Shown here piece by piece: positions 10,258-19,912 of a stretch of 48,490 bases of DNA; the first letter of the stretch is position 1; each line of letters begins with the position of its first letter. Source of the stretch: Collinsella sp. 60_9 (GTDB taxonomy: Bacteria; Actinomycetota; Coriobacteriia; Coriobacteriales; Coriobacteriaceae); contig MNQC01000103.1 in the NCBI GenBank assembly GCA_001915225.1, positions 2,440-50,929 on the forward strand, read 5' to 3'. A program made the position numbers and the translations under genes. The notes beneath the pieces were generated by a model. That model had not been told where the DNA came from. It made no database searches and was given only the letters and a program-made list of their open reading frames with translations.

Positions 10258-10920
10258 ATGGACGACACGTTCGCAGATATCCCTGTGGCCGACGCCACCC
10301 TTGCGTCCGATAGCGCGACAAAGCGCTTGACGGGCGACGAACGCCGTCGCGAGATCCTCGCCGCCGTGCGCACCGTGAGTTCCGAGCTGGGCGTGTCGCA
10401 TCTATCTGTCTCGGCCGTGACCAAGCGAGCCGGCTGCACGCGTTCGCTGTTCTACCACTACTTCGCCGACATGGACGCCGCCGTCACCGCCGTCATGGAC
10501 GAGGCAATCGACGGTTTTATCTCCGAGCTCGAGCAGTGGAATGCCAACCGCACCGTCGGCGATATCGAGGGCGCGCTCGACACCGTCGCCCCGCTCTTTA
10601 AGCGTCTGGTCGCCAGCGGCCACGAACTGCCGCACACTCTGACCTCCAACAGCGGTGCACTCTACGGCGGCTTTCTGCACAACGTGGTTCAGCGCGTGGC
10701 TCAGTACATCTGCGACACCACCGTGGTGGACTTTGTCGCCCATCACGAGCTGCGCATCGACCATGTCTACGAAACGTTCTACACCCTCATCATGGGTCTT
10801 TTGATGTATATCCGCACGCACCCCGATGTGCCCGACGAGACGGTCAAGGAAATCATCGCCTCGACACTCCACATCGAGGGCTATACCGCCAAGTATCCGG
10901 AGCGCATGCCCCAGGACTGA
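10258..10920 (+). CDS. TetR/AcrR family transcriptional regulator
   Basis: RRREILAA...LSVSAVTKRAGCTRSLFYHYF HTH; start MDDTF after GAAAGG. Confidence 0.92.
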   Translation: MDDTFADIPVADATLASDSATKRLTGDERRREILAAVRTVSSELGVSHLSVSAVTKRAGCTRSLFYHYFADMDAAVTAVMDEAIDGFISELEQWNANRTVGDIEGALDTVAPLFKRLVASGHELPHTLTSNSGALYGGFLHNVVQRVAQYICDTTVVDFVAHHELRIDHVYETFYTLIMGLLMYIRTHPDVPDETVKEIIASTLHIEGYTAKYPERMPQD

Positions 10921-10983
10921 CGGCATTTGGCCAAACTGCCCGCGATCAGAAGAGGGGCCGCGGGCGTGTGAAAGGAGAGCAGC

Positions 10984-11941
10984 ATGCTGTTCGATGTTTG
11001 GGGTAGCGATACCCTTATCCACTGGGCCGGCTGGGCCATGGTCTTTATTGGCCTGATCGTGCTCAACGACGATCTGGAGGTGCATCTACTGCGTCGCCAT
11101 CGCCATCGGCGTCTCACAGGGCGCCGAGTGGGCGCTCACCAACCCCACCCATGTGTACCAGAACAGCTGGTTCCACTATGCCAAGGTATACGCGGCGCTG
11201 GCCGGTTGCTGGGGCTTCATTGCCATTAAGTACCAGTGGGGAAAGATCGGCAAGGCGCATTGGTTCCGTGCGTGGCCGTTTGTGATCGTCGCCATCAACA
11301 TCATGATCGCCGTCGTGTCCGACTTTGAGAGCGCCTACCACTTCTTTGTCCTGGGCCAGTCCACCTGGGTCACCTCCGAGGGCGCCACGCAGCTGGCCGG
11401 CTGGAACAACGTGTTCAACGGCATCGCCGGTATCATCAACATCTTCTGCATGACCGGTTGGTGGAGCGTCTACGCCTCCGAGGATCAGACCGACATGCTG
11501 TGGCCCGATATGACCTGGGTCTACATTATCGCCTACGATATCTGGAACTTCTGCTACACCTACAACTGCCTGCCCACCCACTCCTGGTTCTGCGGCTTTG
11601 CGCTGCTGTTGGCGCCCACCGTCGCTGCCTTTATCTGGAACAAGGGCGGCTGGATCCAGAACCGCGCCTTTACGCTGGCCATTTGGTGCATGTTTGCCCA
11701 GGTGTTCCCGTACTTCCAGGAGGAGTCCATCTTTGTGACCCACTCCACGCTCGATCCCGGCGCCGCTACCGCGGTCTCGATCGCCGCGCTGATTGCCAAC
11801 GTCGCCGCAATCATCTACATCGCCTACCGCGCCAAGAAGCTCGGCCGCAACCCCTACAAGCAGGATGTCTTTGAGGGCACCAGCGATTGGGAGAAAGCCA
11901 CTGCCCGCCGCGCCAAGGTTGATTACGCGCACGCCGAGTAA
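10984..11941 (+). CDS. DUF5692-like integral membrane protein, frame broken near 11069-11083
   Basis: MLFDVWG...FIGLIVLN, then in another frame IYCVAIAIG...NSWFHYAKVY...AINIMIAVVSDFE...DMLWPDMTWVYIIAYDIWNFCYTYNC...WIQNRA. Family assignment is from recall of these motifs. Confidence 0.75.
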
Positions 11942-12008
11942 CGTGCTGGTCGCTGTTGGCACTTGGGCATAGGCCCGCCTGCCAGATTTTCAATCCGATG
12001 TCTCGCAG

Positions 12009-12048
12009 AGCCCCCGGAAAGCGTTTCGCTCGCTTTCCGGGGGCTTTT
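12009..12048 (+). terminator. Intrinsic terminator
   Basis: AGCCCCCGGAAAGCG-loop-CGCTTTCCGGGGGCT followed by TTT. Confidence 0.85.
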
Positions 12049-12176
12049 GTCGTTGCGTCTTATTCATCTATTCAAAAACGTGCGCATATATAAAATCGGA
12101 TTTCAAATCATGCGGCGGCTCTATGGGGTCCCGTTTTTGGGTACAGTGTTGTCCCGATATTGAGCTTGGGGGATAT

Positions 12177-13584
12177 ATGAAAGATGAAACGATGGGCCAA
12201 GAGGATGTGGCCCAAGATGCAGAAGCGTGTGCCGAAGCCCTGGAGAGCCTAGACCGGATTTCACTTGATGAGATTGCGTTTGACGATTCGGGCGTTGATG
12301 TGCAGGATGAGTCGGAAGCCGAGGCGCAGTCCGATGATCAGGATGCAGACGACGTTGAACCTGCCGAAGATGAGGCAGATCACGAAGACACCGAATGCGA
12401 GGCCGACGACCAGCCCGAATCCGACACGAGCGAGGAAACCGTCTTGCTCGACAGCTTGCCGGCCGAGGATTCGCTGACTCGCGAGCTTCCTGGCCTGGGT
12501 TCCGCACCAGCCGTGGACGAGACCATCGCCATGGGCGATATTCCCCTACCGTCCGTTCCCTCGGCACGCGAGGCCGAGGTTCGCCATCGCAAGATGTCGC
12601 CCAAGCGCCGCAATCTGATGGTCGCCGGTGTCGTGGCCGTAGGCATCGTTCAGCGCCTTGAGGTTATCGAGGTCAAGCATCATGAGCGCCGCATGGCCCA
12701 GACGGGACGGTGCGCGGAACAGGCGCTCGCAGGTGCGGTTGAACGCCTTGCGGTTGTAAAGGCCGGTCAGCATATCGTAGTCGCGCTCGTGCTCGATGCG
12801 CAGCCGCTCCTCCATCGCCGCCTCCCCCATCGCGGCCGACGGCACCATCTATACCGTCCCGACCACCAAGACGCAGGTCGCCGTTAAGAGCGATGGACAG
12901 GATTTAAGTGCCCAGGCCACCTTTAAGCTCAAGGTGCCTTCGGCCGACACGGTGACTGACGACCAGATCGATGCCGCCGCCAAGTATGCCGAGGAAGGCG
13001 GTGCGAGCTCCGCCGCGGCCGCCAAGATACTTCAGCAGGCGGCAACCGCGCGGCGCGACGCCGCCGTCAATGCCGTGAGCGCGCAAAAGGCACAGGCGGC
13101 CCGTGATGCCGACGCCCGCCACAAGGCAACCGACCTCTACCAGCTCGATATCCCCGTCGAGTGGTACGGCAAGGTCGAGACTTGGCAAAATGGCAGCACG
13201 CTATGCATCTATCTTGCCGGCGACAGCGATACGCCGATTGTGACGCTCGTCGCGGTGCGCGAGGGCGAGAGCTTTACGCCCGATGAGGGCGATACGGTTT
13301 TGGGTGCGGCCAATCTAGGCAACGGTTATACCGTCTATGCCAGCGGCCCCGTCTATCCGTACGTGGTGCCCCAGACCATCAACGGACGGACGCAGAATCC
13401 CGTGTCAACCTACCCCATGGACACGGCCATTGAGCTTGTCGAGCTCACGACCGGTAACCGCTACACCTATAGCCAGATCAAGAACGTACTGGTCGGCAAA
13501 GACGGCAAGGCAGACGCCGCGACCAAACTCGAGACCGACTACCTCGCGCAGATCCTACTGCCGAGTATCAAAGCCCAGGACTAG
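12177..13584 (+). CDS. Membrane-anchored hypothetical protein (acidic N-terminus), interrupted by an inverted foreign segment
   Basis: Very acidic N-terminus, basic KMSPKRRN then the start of a TM helix (LMVAGVVAVGI); C-terminal part in ORF 12796-13584; the junction is occupied by a GGDEF fragment on the opposite strand. Confidence 0.6.
12621..12822 (-). other. Isolated fragment of a GGDEF (diguanylate cyclase) domain
   Basis: Translates as ERDYDMLTGLYNRKAF...ALMMLDLDNLKALNDAYGHDTGD (DxLTGLxNR and DLDxxKxxNDxYGHxxGD motifs). Confidence 0.85.
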
Positions 13585-13657
13585 CCGGGCGCAGCAAGGT
13601 GCTCCCCAACCGTGATGAAGGAGCCAGGAGGTCCTGACCCCACAGGTCCATAGATGA

Positions 13658-15010
13658 TTAGGCAAGGAGCCACTTCCATGCGGGCACAACGTGTACCACA
13701 CCATGCTCGCATGGAATATCGGTCTGTTCATCCATGGTAACGATTGCCGACTCGCCAAGATCGAACTGGGCCATCGAGGCATCAAGCGCGGCAATTTCGC
13801 GCTCGCGCGTTTTCTCACTTGCCATATCCGCACTCACCTGAATCAGGCTATAAGCCCGCATGAGAAGCGCGTCCCCAGCCACAAAGTCCACCTCATGGCT
13901 TTTGCTCTTCTCTTTGATTAGCAGGCGGCAGACCGAGCCGGTCCTCACCGCGGGAGTCCTTCTTCTTAGCGCATTGAACACTGCGGTCTCGAGCCTCTGG
14001 CCCTGGTCCAATGCCGATGCGGGAGAGAATGCTCCAAACATCGCAGGGTCGACAGCGTAGACCTTAGACGCAGACCGCATGTTATTTGCCAGTGAACGCG
14101 TGAACTCCGGCACAGAAAATAACAGGTAGGCGTCCTCATAATACTCAAGCAAATCGCTGAGCGAATTACGGCTGACGGGTATCTGTCTGCTCTTGAACTC
14201 GTTGTACACTTTGTTCACTGACAGCTCTCGTCCCGAAGATGCCATACACCGCGTCAAGAACAGCGATGCCAGGCGAGGGTTCTTGACGTCGTACCGTTCA
14301 ACGACGTCCATGGCGACCGTTCGCGAAGCATATTCCTGTAGCAGCTGAATCGCGTCTGCAGGCGTCTGCTCAAGTGTCGCGATGAATCCCCCTCGTTCAA
14401 GATACCCGATCAGATGATGTCGAAGCAGCGCTGCATCGCTCGGGGAAAAGGTCGCATCTGGCTCGGGAACACTCCCCGTCTTATATCGAACGTATTCCGA
14501 AAAACTCAACGGAAAAAGCTCTCGCACAAGAGAACGACCCCTGAACTCGCTCTTAAGTTCTGAGGACAGCATCTTAGAAGAAGATCCCGTCACATAGACG
14601 GTCGCTTTCTCCGTATCGACTACACGCCGCAGAAACGCGCCCCATTCGGGAATTTCTTGGATCTCGTCAAAGAAAATGTAAGCGCCCTCGGTTCGAGCAG
14701 CAGGATACAGCGCATAGAACGTGTCGAGCACGTCCGCCAGCAGCGATGGCTCATACGGGCGCAAGCGCTCATCCTCAAAATTGAAGTAAAGCATCCGGTC
14801 AAGCTCGACGCCCCGGCTCTGAAGCCGCCGCATCTCCTGATACAGGCGATACGTCTTTCCACAACGGCGGGCCCCCACAATCACATTTACGATGTTGTCG
14901 CGCTTTGGCTCCTGTGGGTTTCCTAGATCAAGGTCTCGCTCAAAGACCTGCGGAACCCCCTGCTGTTCAAAGTCCTTTATTTTCTGGGCGATCAAGTCGT
15001 TGAATGCCAT
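13658..15010 (-). CDS. AAA family ATPase with C-terminal DUF4143 domain
   Basis: Walker A GARRCGKT, Walker B FFDEIQE, YVTGSSS, ELFPLSFSEY, KVYAVD, HEVDFV, VVPAWKWLL. Confidence 0.88.
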   Translation of the reverse strand: MAFNDLIAQKIKDFEQQGVPQVFERDLDLGNPQEPKRDNIVNVIVGARRCGKTYRLYQEMRRLQSRGVELDRMLYFNFEDERLRPYEPSLLADVLDTFYALYPAARTEGAYIFFDEIQEIPEWGAFLRRVVDTEKATVYVTGSSSKMLSSELKSEFRGRSLVRELFPLSFSEYVRYKTGSVPEPDATFSPSDAALLRHHLIGYLERGGFIATLEQTPADAIQLLQEYASRTVAMDVVERYDVKNPRLASLFLTRCMASSGRELSVNKVYNEFKSRQIPVSRNSLSDLLEYYEDAYLLFSVPEFTRSLANNMRSASKVYAVDPAMFGAFSPASALDQGQRLETAVFNALRRRTPAVRTGSVCRLLIKEKSKSHEVDFVAGDALLMRAYSLIQVSADMASEKTREREIAALDASMAQFDLGESAIVTMDEQTDIPCEHGVVHVVPAWKWLLA

Positions 15011-15018
15011 TATTCTCC

Positions 15019-15078
15019 AATCTTGCTCTCTAGCTAATCAAAATTATAGTGATTCTTGATTAATTAGAGAGCAAGATT
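15019..15078. promoter_or_regulatory. 23-bp inverted repeat upstream of the ATPase
   Basis: AATCTTGCTCTCTAGCTAATCAA (15019-15041) and TTGATTAATTAGAGAGCAAGATT (15056-15078), 21/23 complementary. Confidence 0.65.
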
Positions 15079-15254
15079 ATATCTGACTTGATTAACACTT
15101 AAGCAAGTTTTTTCACTATTACTGCTCGAAGGATGCCGAGTGGCTGAGAGGACAACCAAGCTCGAATGCGACTCCCTGGACAGTCGATTTGGGACGGGAC
15201 TTTTTTGACTACCCCGTCCCAGAAAATCATCGCCAAATTAGCTACTTGATGCAA

Positions 15255-15449
15255 TTAGCGCCACGGGTCAGCTTCGAACATCGGCTCACGCTCGGGGCGT
15301 CGGTCGCTGTAGGGGTCGTAACCGTCATCGTCCTCGTTCTCGGCACGAATGTAGGGGTCGCACGGCTTGGGCGCCGGTTTCGGTGCGGGCTTTGGTGCGG
15401 CGGACGCGGCGTTAGTCGCCGGCGTGTTCGTCTTGATCTCGACGTTCAT
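15255..15449 (-). CDS. Small Pro/acidic hypothetical protein (64 aa)
   Basis: AAGGAG RBS before MNVEIKT; PAPK repeats; DPYIRAENEDDDGYDPYSDR. Confidence 0.6.
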   Translation of the reverse strand: MNVEIKTNTPATNAASAAPKPAPKPAPKPCDPYIRAENEDDDGYDPYSDRRPEREPMFEADPWR

Positions 15450-15501
15450 CTGCATATCTCCTTGCCATGTACTCATGCTCAACATTATCGATTGTCGCAC
15501 G

Positions 15502-15538
15502 AAAAAGGGCGGCGGACCCAATTGGATCCACCGCCCTT
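15502..15538 (-). terminator. Terminator after clpB
   Basis: Minus strand AAGGGCGGTGGA...TCCGCCGCCC followed by TTTTT. Confidence 0.7.
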
Positions 15539-15583
15539 GGCGTTTAGAGACGGCTGGCAGATTTTAAGGCATGTCCCATAAAT

Positions 15584-18211
15584 CTACTCGGCGTCGGGGA
15601 CCTCGTAGGTGGCCGCCGGCGTGTTGTCGCACACGACGGTAAAGCCGCCGTCCTTGTCGGCATCGACCGTCACCTGATCGCCCTCGCGCACCGTGCCGTC
15701 GATGATAGCGGCGGCGATGGCATCCACGACCTCGCGCTGAACCAGACGCTTGAGCGGACGGGCGCCAAAGACCGGGTCCAGGCCGCCCACGGCGAGCATC
15801 TGCTTGGCCGCCGGGGTGATGGCAAGCGTCATGCGCTCCTTGGCCAGACGCGCGCGGACGTCGGCGAGCTGGATGTCGACGATCTTCTCGATCTGCGCCA
15901 TACCGAGCGGATGGAACACCACGATATCGTCGATACGGTTGAGGAACTCGGGGCGGAAGGTCTGAGCCATGGCAGCGTCGACCTGATGGCGCATCTCCTC
16001 CTCGTCCTTACCGGACTGATCGGCGATGGCCTTGGAGCCCACGTTGGACGTCATGATGATAATCGTGTTCTTGAAGGACACCTGGCGACCCTGGCCATCG
16101 GTCAGACGACCGTCATCAAGCACCTGCAACAGCACGTTAAAGACATCCGGATGAGCCTTCTCCATCTCGTCGAGCAAGATCACAGAGTACGGACGACGGC
16201 GCACGGCCTCGGTGAGCTGGCCGCCCTCGTCGTAGCCCACGTATCCCGGGGGCGCACCAATCAGACGCTGGACGCTGAACTTCTCCATATACTCGGACAT
16301 GTCGATACGCACGAGCGCGCGCTCGTCATCGAACAGGCACTCGGCCAGCGCCTTGGCGAGCTCGGTCTTGCCCACGCCGGTGGGGCCCAGGAAGAAGAAG
16401 CTGCCGATGGGCTTGTCCGGATCGGAGAGGCCCGCACGGCTGCGGCGCACGGCCGCGGCAACGGCGGAGACGGCCTCATCCTGACCGATGACGCGCTTAT
16501 GCAGCTCGCCCTCCAGGCCCTTGAGCTTGTCGAGCTCGCCCTGCATCATCTTGGACACGGGCACGCCGGTCCAGGCGCTCACGACCTCGGCGATCTCATC
16601 GGAGGTCACCTGCTCGTTGAGGCCCTCGCCGTCCTGCTGCTTTTGCGCCTCGAGCGCGGCCTCGGAATCCTGAATCTGCTGCTGCAGGCCCGGAATCACG
16701 GAGTAGCGCAGCTCGGACGCACGACCCAAATCGCCGTTGCGCGTCGCACGCTCCTCCTCGCTCTTGGCCTCGTCAAGCTGGCTCTTAAGCTCCTGCACGT
16801 GGTCGATGGCGTTCTTCTGGTTGAGCCAGCCGGCCTTTTGCACGTTGAGTTTTTCCTGGACCTCGGCAATCTCCTGGCGCAGGGCCTCCAGACGCTCCTT
16901 GGAGGCGTCATCGGTCTCTTTCATGAGCGCCTGTTCCTCGATCTGCAGCTGAGTGAGCTGACGCGTGGTGGCGTCGATCTCGACCGGCATGCTGTCGAGT
17001 TCCATGCGCAGGCGGCTTGCCGCCTCATCGACCAGATCGATGGCCTTGTCGGGCAGGAAGCGGTCGGCGATGTAGCGATCGGAGAGGTCGGCAGCTGCCA
17101 CGAGCGCGCTATCGGTGATATGCACACCGTGGAAGATCTCGTACTTCTCCTTCAGACCACGCAGGATCGAAATGGTGTCCTCGACGGTAGGCTCGCTCAC
17201 CATAACGGTCTGGAAACGACGGGCGAGCGCCGCGTCCTTCTCGATGTACTTGCGGTATTCGTCGAGCGTGGTCGCGCCGATCGCGTGCAGGTCGCCACGG
17301 GCGAGCGCCGGCTTGAGGATGTTGCCGGCGTCCATGGAGCCCTCGGTGGCACCCGCGCCCACGATGGTGTGGAGCTCATCGATGAACAGGATGACCTTGC
17401 CCTCGGACTTCTGGACTTCCTTGAGTACGGCCTTCAAGCGGTCCTCGAACTCGCCGCGGTACTTGGCGCCGGCGACCAGCGCGCTCATGTCGAGCTCGAT
17501 AAGGTCGCGGTCGCGCAGGGTGCTCGGCACGTCGCCGGCCACGATACGCTGGGCGATGCCCTCGACGATGGCCGTCTTGCCGACGCCCGGCTCACCGATG
17601 AGCACGGGGTTGTTCTTGGTGCGACGGGACAGGACCTGGATGGTGCGGCGAATCTCATCGGTACGGCCGATGACCGGGTCGAGCTTGCCGGCGCGGGCCA
17701 GATCGCAGATGTTGCGACCGTACTGCTCCAGTGCCTCAAACTGAGTCTTGTCCTCGGCAGACGTCACGCGGTCATCGCCACGCAGCTCCTCGTAGACTTG
17801 CTCGATGCGCTCCTTGGTGACGCCGGCGTCGCGCAGCACGCGGCCCGCCTCGCCCTTGTCCTCGGCAAGCGCCATCAGCAGATGCTCAGTCACCACAAAG
17901 CTGTCGCCCATCTTGGTGGCCTTCTTCTCGGCCTTTTCGATGACGCGGACGAGCTCGTTGGACAGGCCCATCTGCTGGCCCTCGCCCGAAACCTTGGGCG
18001 CGTGGTCGATGGCATCCTGTGTGGAGCGTGCGAGCTGAGCCGGGTCGGCACCGATGCGCTCGATGATCACGGAGATATTGCGCTCGCCGGCACCGAGCAG
18101 GGCAGACAGCAGATGAATCGGCTCCACCGCGCCGGCCTGCGCGTCAGCGGCCGTGCTCATGGCGGTCTGCAGCGCCTCGCGCGACGTCATTGCTAGCTTA
18201 TCGATTCTCAT
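15584..18211 (-). CDS. clpB: ATP-dependent chaperone ClpB
   Basis: 875 aa; [18 protein letters not shown], coiled-coil middle domain, [23 protein letters not shown]. Confidence 0.97.
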   Translation of the reverse strand: MRIDKLAMTSREALQTAMSTAADAQAGAVEPIHLLSALLGAGERNISVIIERIGADPAQLARSTQDAIDHAPKVSGEGQQMGLSNELVRVIEKAEKKATKMGDSFVVTEHLLMALAEDKGEAGRVLRDAGVTKERIEQVYEELRGDDRVTSAEDKTQFEALEQYGRNICDLARAGKLDPVIGRTDEIRRTIQVLSRRTKNNPVLIGEPGVGKTAIVEGIAQRIVAGDVPSTLRDRDLIELDMSALVAGAKYRGEFEDRLKAVLKEVQKSEGKVILFIDELHTIVGAGATEGSMDAGNILKPALARGDLHAIGATTLDEYRKYIEKDAALARRFQTVMVSEPTVEDTISILRGLKEKYEIFHGVHITDSALVAAADLSDRYIADRFLPDKAIDLVDEAASRLRMELDSMPVEIDATTRQLTQLQIEEQALMKETDDASKERLEALRQEIAEVQEKLNVQKAGWLNQKNAIDHVQELKSQLDEAKSEEERATRNGDLGRASELRYSVIPGLQQQIQDSEAALEAQKQQDGEGLNEQVTSDEIAEVVSAWTGVPVSKMMQGELDKLKGLEGELHKRVIGQDEAVSAVAAAVRRSRAGLSDPDKPIGSFFFLGPTGVGKTELAKALAECLFDDERALVRIDMSEYMEKFSVQRLIGAPPGYVGYDEGGQLTEAVRRRPYSVILLDEMEKAHPDVFNVLLQVLDDGRLTDGQGRQVSFKNTIIIMTSNVGSKAIADQSGKDEEEMRHQVDAAMAQTFRPEFLNRIDDIVVFHPLGMAQIEKIVDIQLADVRARLAKERMTLAITPAAKQMLAVGGLDPVFGARPLKRLVQREVVDAIAAAIIDGTVREGDQVTVDADKDGGFTVVCDNTPAATYEVPDAE

Positions 18212-18300
18212 GGAATCACCTCTCTTGGGGCGGCCGCCCTACGGGGCGGCTTCACGTTGTTCGAGAAGTATTGTTGCCAGCTTTGCGCGATCTTATACAC

Positions 18301-18327
18301 AAATCTAAGTCTCTATATATAAGATTT
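18301..18327. promoter_or_regulatory. Putative HspR operator upstream of clpB
   Basis: AAATCTAAGTC-N5-ATATAAGATTT, with identical arms upstream of dnaK (26990-27016). Confidence 0.7.
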
Positions 18328-18388
18328 TCTGAGTGATTGATGGATAGGGTACTGAGACGTCGGTCCACTGTATCCCCGACGCCCGATT

Positions 18389-18606
18389 GTCTCAATCTGT
18401 AACATCTATTGACCGTTTCTGGCTCCAGATGTTACAGATCGAGACGAATTGTTCAGCGGCGCTCGTTTGTCTCAATCTGTAACATCTAATCGGCAAATAG
18501 GGCTCTATCTGTTACAAATCGAGACGAGCAGAAAACACCCAAATCGAAAATCTAAATCTGTAACACCAGGCCCACTTTTAGCGGCCAAGATGTTACAAGT
18601 CGAGAC
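18389..18606. repeat. Array of six alternating-orientation 19-bp repeats (three hairpin modules)
   Basis: GTCTCAATCTGTAACATCT-type units at 18389, 18469, 18550; AGATGTTACAGATCGAGAC-type units at 18427, 18507, 18588; loops 19 nt, linkers 23-24 nt. Confidence 0.88.
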
Positions 18607-18614
18607 AAACCGAG

Positions 18615-18651
18615 AACCACCACAAAGGTGCCTGTCCCCCTTGTGGTGGTT
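18615..18651. repeat. REP-like hairpin with GTCCCC loop
   Basis: AACCACCACAA-AGGTGCCTGTCCCCC-TTGTGGTGGTT. Confidence 0.7.
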
Positions 18652-18703
18652 TTCGACAAAAAGAAGCCGCCCCATTAACAGAGGCGGCATCAAGCAAGTC
18701 CAT

Positions 18704-18735
18704 TTATTAGCGTCCCTCAAGACCCAACGAAAACG
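18704..18735 (+). repeat. 32-bp direct repeat, left copy
   Basis: TTATTAGCGTCCCTCAAGACCCAACGAAAACG; 30/32 identical to 19790-19821. Confidence 0.85.
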
Positions 18736-19101
18736 CAGCGATGGAATCGAGAACCGACAATAGCCCGTTCGCACAGATAGAGGCAGAGATTCAAGGTCAG
18801 AGTCCGGCTTAAACGGCTTAGCTATCGCACGTCACATTGTTCTCGTCGTCCCCCTATCATATTTATAGTGCTTATAGTGAAAATAGTGAGTTTAGTGAGA
18901 AGAGTATCGCTCAAAACTCGTGGACTCAATTATTGACCTCACGCCCAGAATGAGTGGGGCAAATATTTCCATTAGAGGTCAAATCGAAGCCCAATAGGGC
19001 CTTTTCACCCCGTCATTTCGATCGATCGCTTTCTTTTGAAGATTGTCGTAAGCTGGTATCACTTATCTTAATGAATGCATACTATTTGCGAGGTACCCGC
19101 C

Positions 19102-19749
19102 GTGAAACGCTCCACCTATATCGGCCTGCTCGTCTTAGCGTTTGCGATTACCGCAGTCGGCGTAGGAATTATCTATCTCGCATTTCTCCCCGCCTCTGCG
19201 ACGCAGGCGGCGGTTGAGACCGTAAGCTATCCCATCGAGGTCCTCACCGATATCGTCAAACCCGATTCGGTCACCGTCGATTTTGACGGTACGCCCGCAG
19301 CGCTTGGTGTCAGCAACTATCCCCGCATCGAACTTGGGGCCAGACGCTACACCAAAGATGAGCAGCTTATCGGCAAGGCAACCAGTTTACTCAAAGGCAA
19401 GACGTTTAAGCGGTGGTACGGCGCCGCAATATATCGAGCCAAGAATGGCCAAATGGTTGGCGGATATTATTCGACCCTTGAGCTCGATGCGGCAAACGGG
19501 AGCAAATTGTGCAACGTCTCATACGACCCCGGCTGCGTGGACAATGAAGGACCGGGGGTCTATATCTCGGATGGCGACGTAATCTACGTCATGGAGGGCG
19601 ACCAGACGGCAGTCGTCGATTTTATGGATCGGTGTACCGAGGATGCCTACGAACAAACCTGCGAGCCCGATCCGCAGACAGCGCGCAACAGTGGCTCGGC
19701 ACGCACTTGGCTATTTGACGATGAAATAACCTGGACCCCATCGAAATAA
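19102..19749 (+). CDS. Hypothetical protein with N-terminal membrane anchor/signal
   Basis: GTG start MKRSTYIGLLVLAFAITAVGVGIIYLAF after GAGG; no recognisable domain. Confidence 0.7.
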   Translation: MKRSTYIGLLVLAFAITAVGVGIIYLAFLPASATQAAVETVSYPIEVLTDIVKPDSVTVDFDGTPAALGVSNYPRIELGARRYTKDEQLIGKATSLLKGKTFKRWYGAAIYRAKNGQMVGGYYSTLELDAANGSKLCNVSYDPGCVDNEGPGVYISDGDVIYVMEGDQTAVVDFMDRCTEDAYEQTCEPDPQTARNSGSARTWLFDDEITWTPSK

Positions 19750-19789
19750 GGACCCGCCGGGCAGGCAACTTTGTGATGGTCCCGGTCAA

Positions 19790-19821
19790 TTATTAGCGCC
19801 CCTCAAGACCCAACGAGAACG
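19790..19821 (+). repeat. 32-bp direct repeat, right copy
   Basis: TTATTAGCGCCCCTCAAGACCCAACGAGAACG. Confidence 0.85.
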
Positions 19822-19829
19822 TCGCGGTA

Positions 19830-19901
19830 GCCCCGGCCACACCTTTCCCTCGGGCGACCCTCGCGAAGCGCGTGAGCACGAGGGAAAGGTGTGGCCGGGG
19901 C
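19830..19901. repeat. 23-bp perfect inverted repeat between convergent genes
   Basis: GCCCCGGCCACACCTTTCCCTCG (19830-19852) and CGAGGGAAAGGTGTGGCCGGGGC (19879-19901); no U-tract. Confidence 0.8.
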
Positions 19902-19912
19902 GTACAGCAGAG

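Noticed and set aside
10068..10439. N-terminal extensions in the ORF track (oxidoreductase, crr, lipoprotein, HAD, isomerase)
   Set aside because: They overlap promoters or opposite-strand genes; downstream ATGs with good RBS match the family N-termini.
12546..12848. Stand-alone diguanylate cyclase gene
   Set aside because: Only the first part of the domain is present; the GGDEF motif itself is absent.
15911..18196. Long antisense ORFs (e.g. 394-1623, 15911-18196, 19889-22279, 25672-26883, 39851-41617, 47187-48407)
   Set aside because: Shadow frames of high-GC genes on the opposite strand, with no RBS or domain motifs.
18389..18606. CRISPR array interpretation of the repeat-spacer arrays (also 2908, 27144, 42215)
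   Set aside because: Repeats alternate in orientation, are short and degenerate, spacers are only about 14-24 nt, and no cas genes are present.
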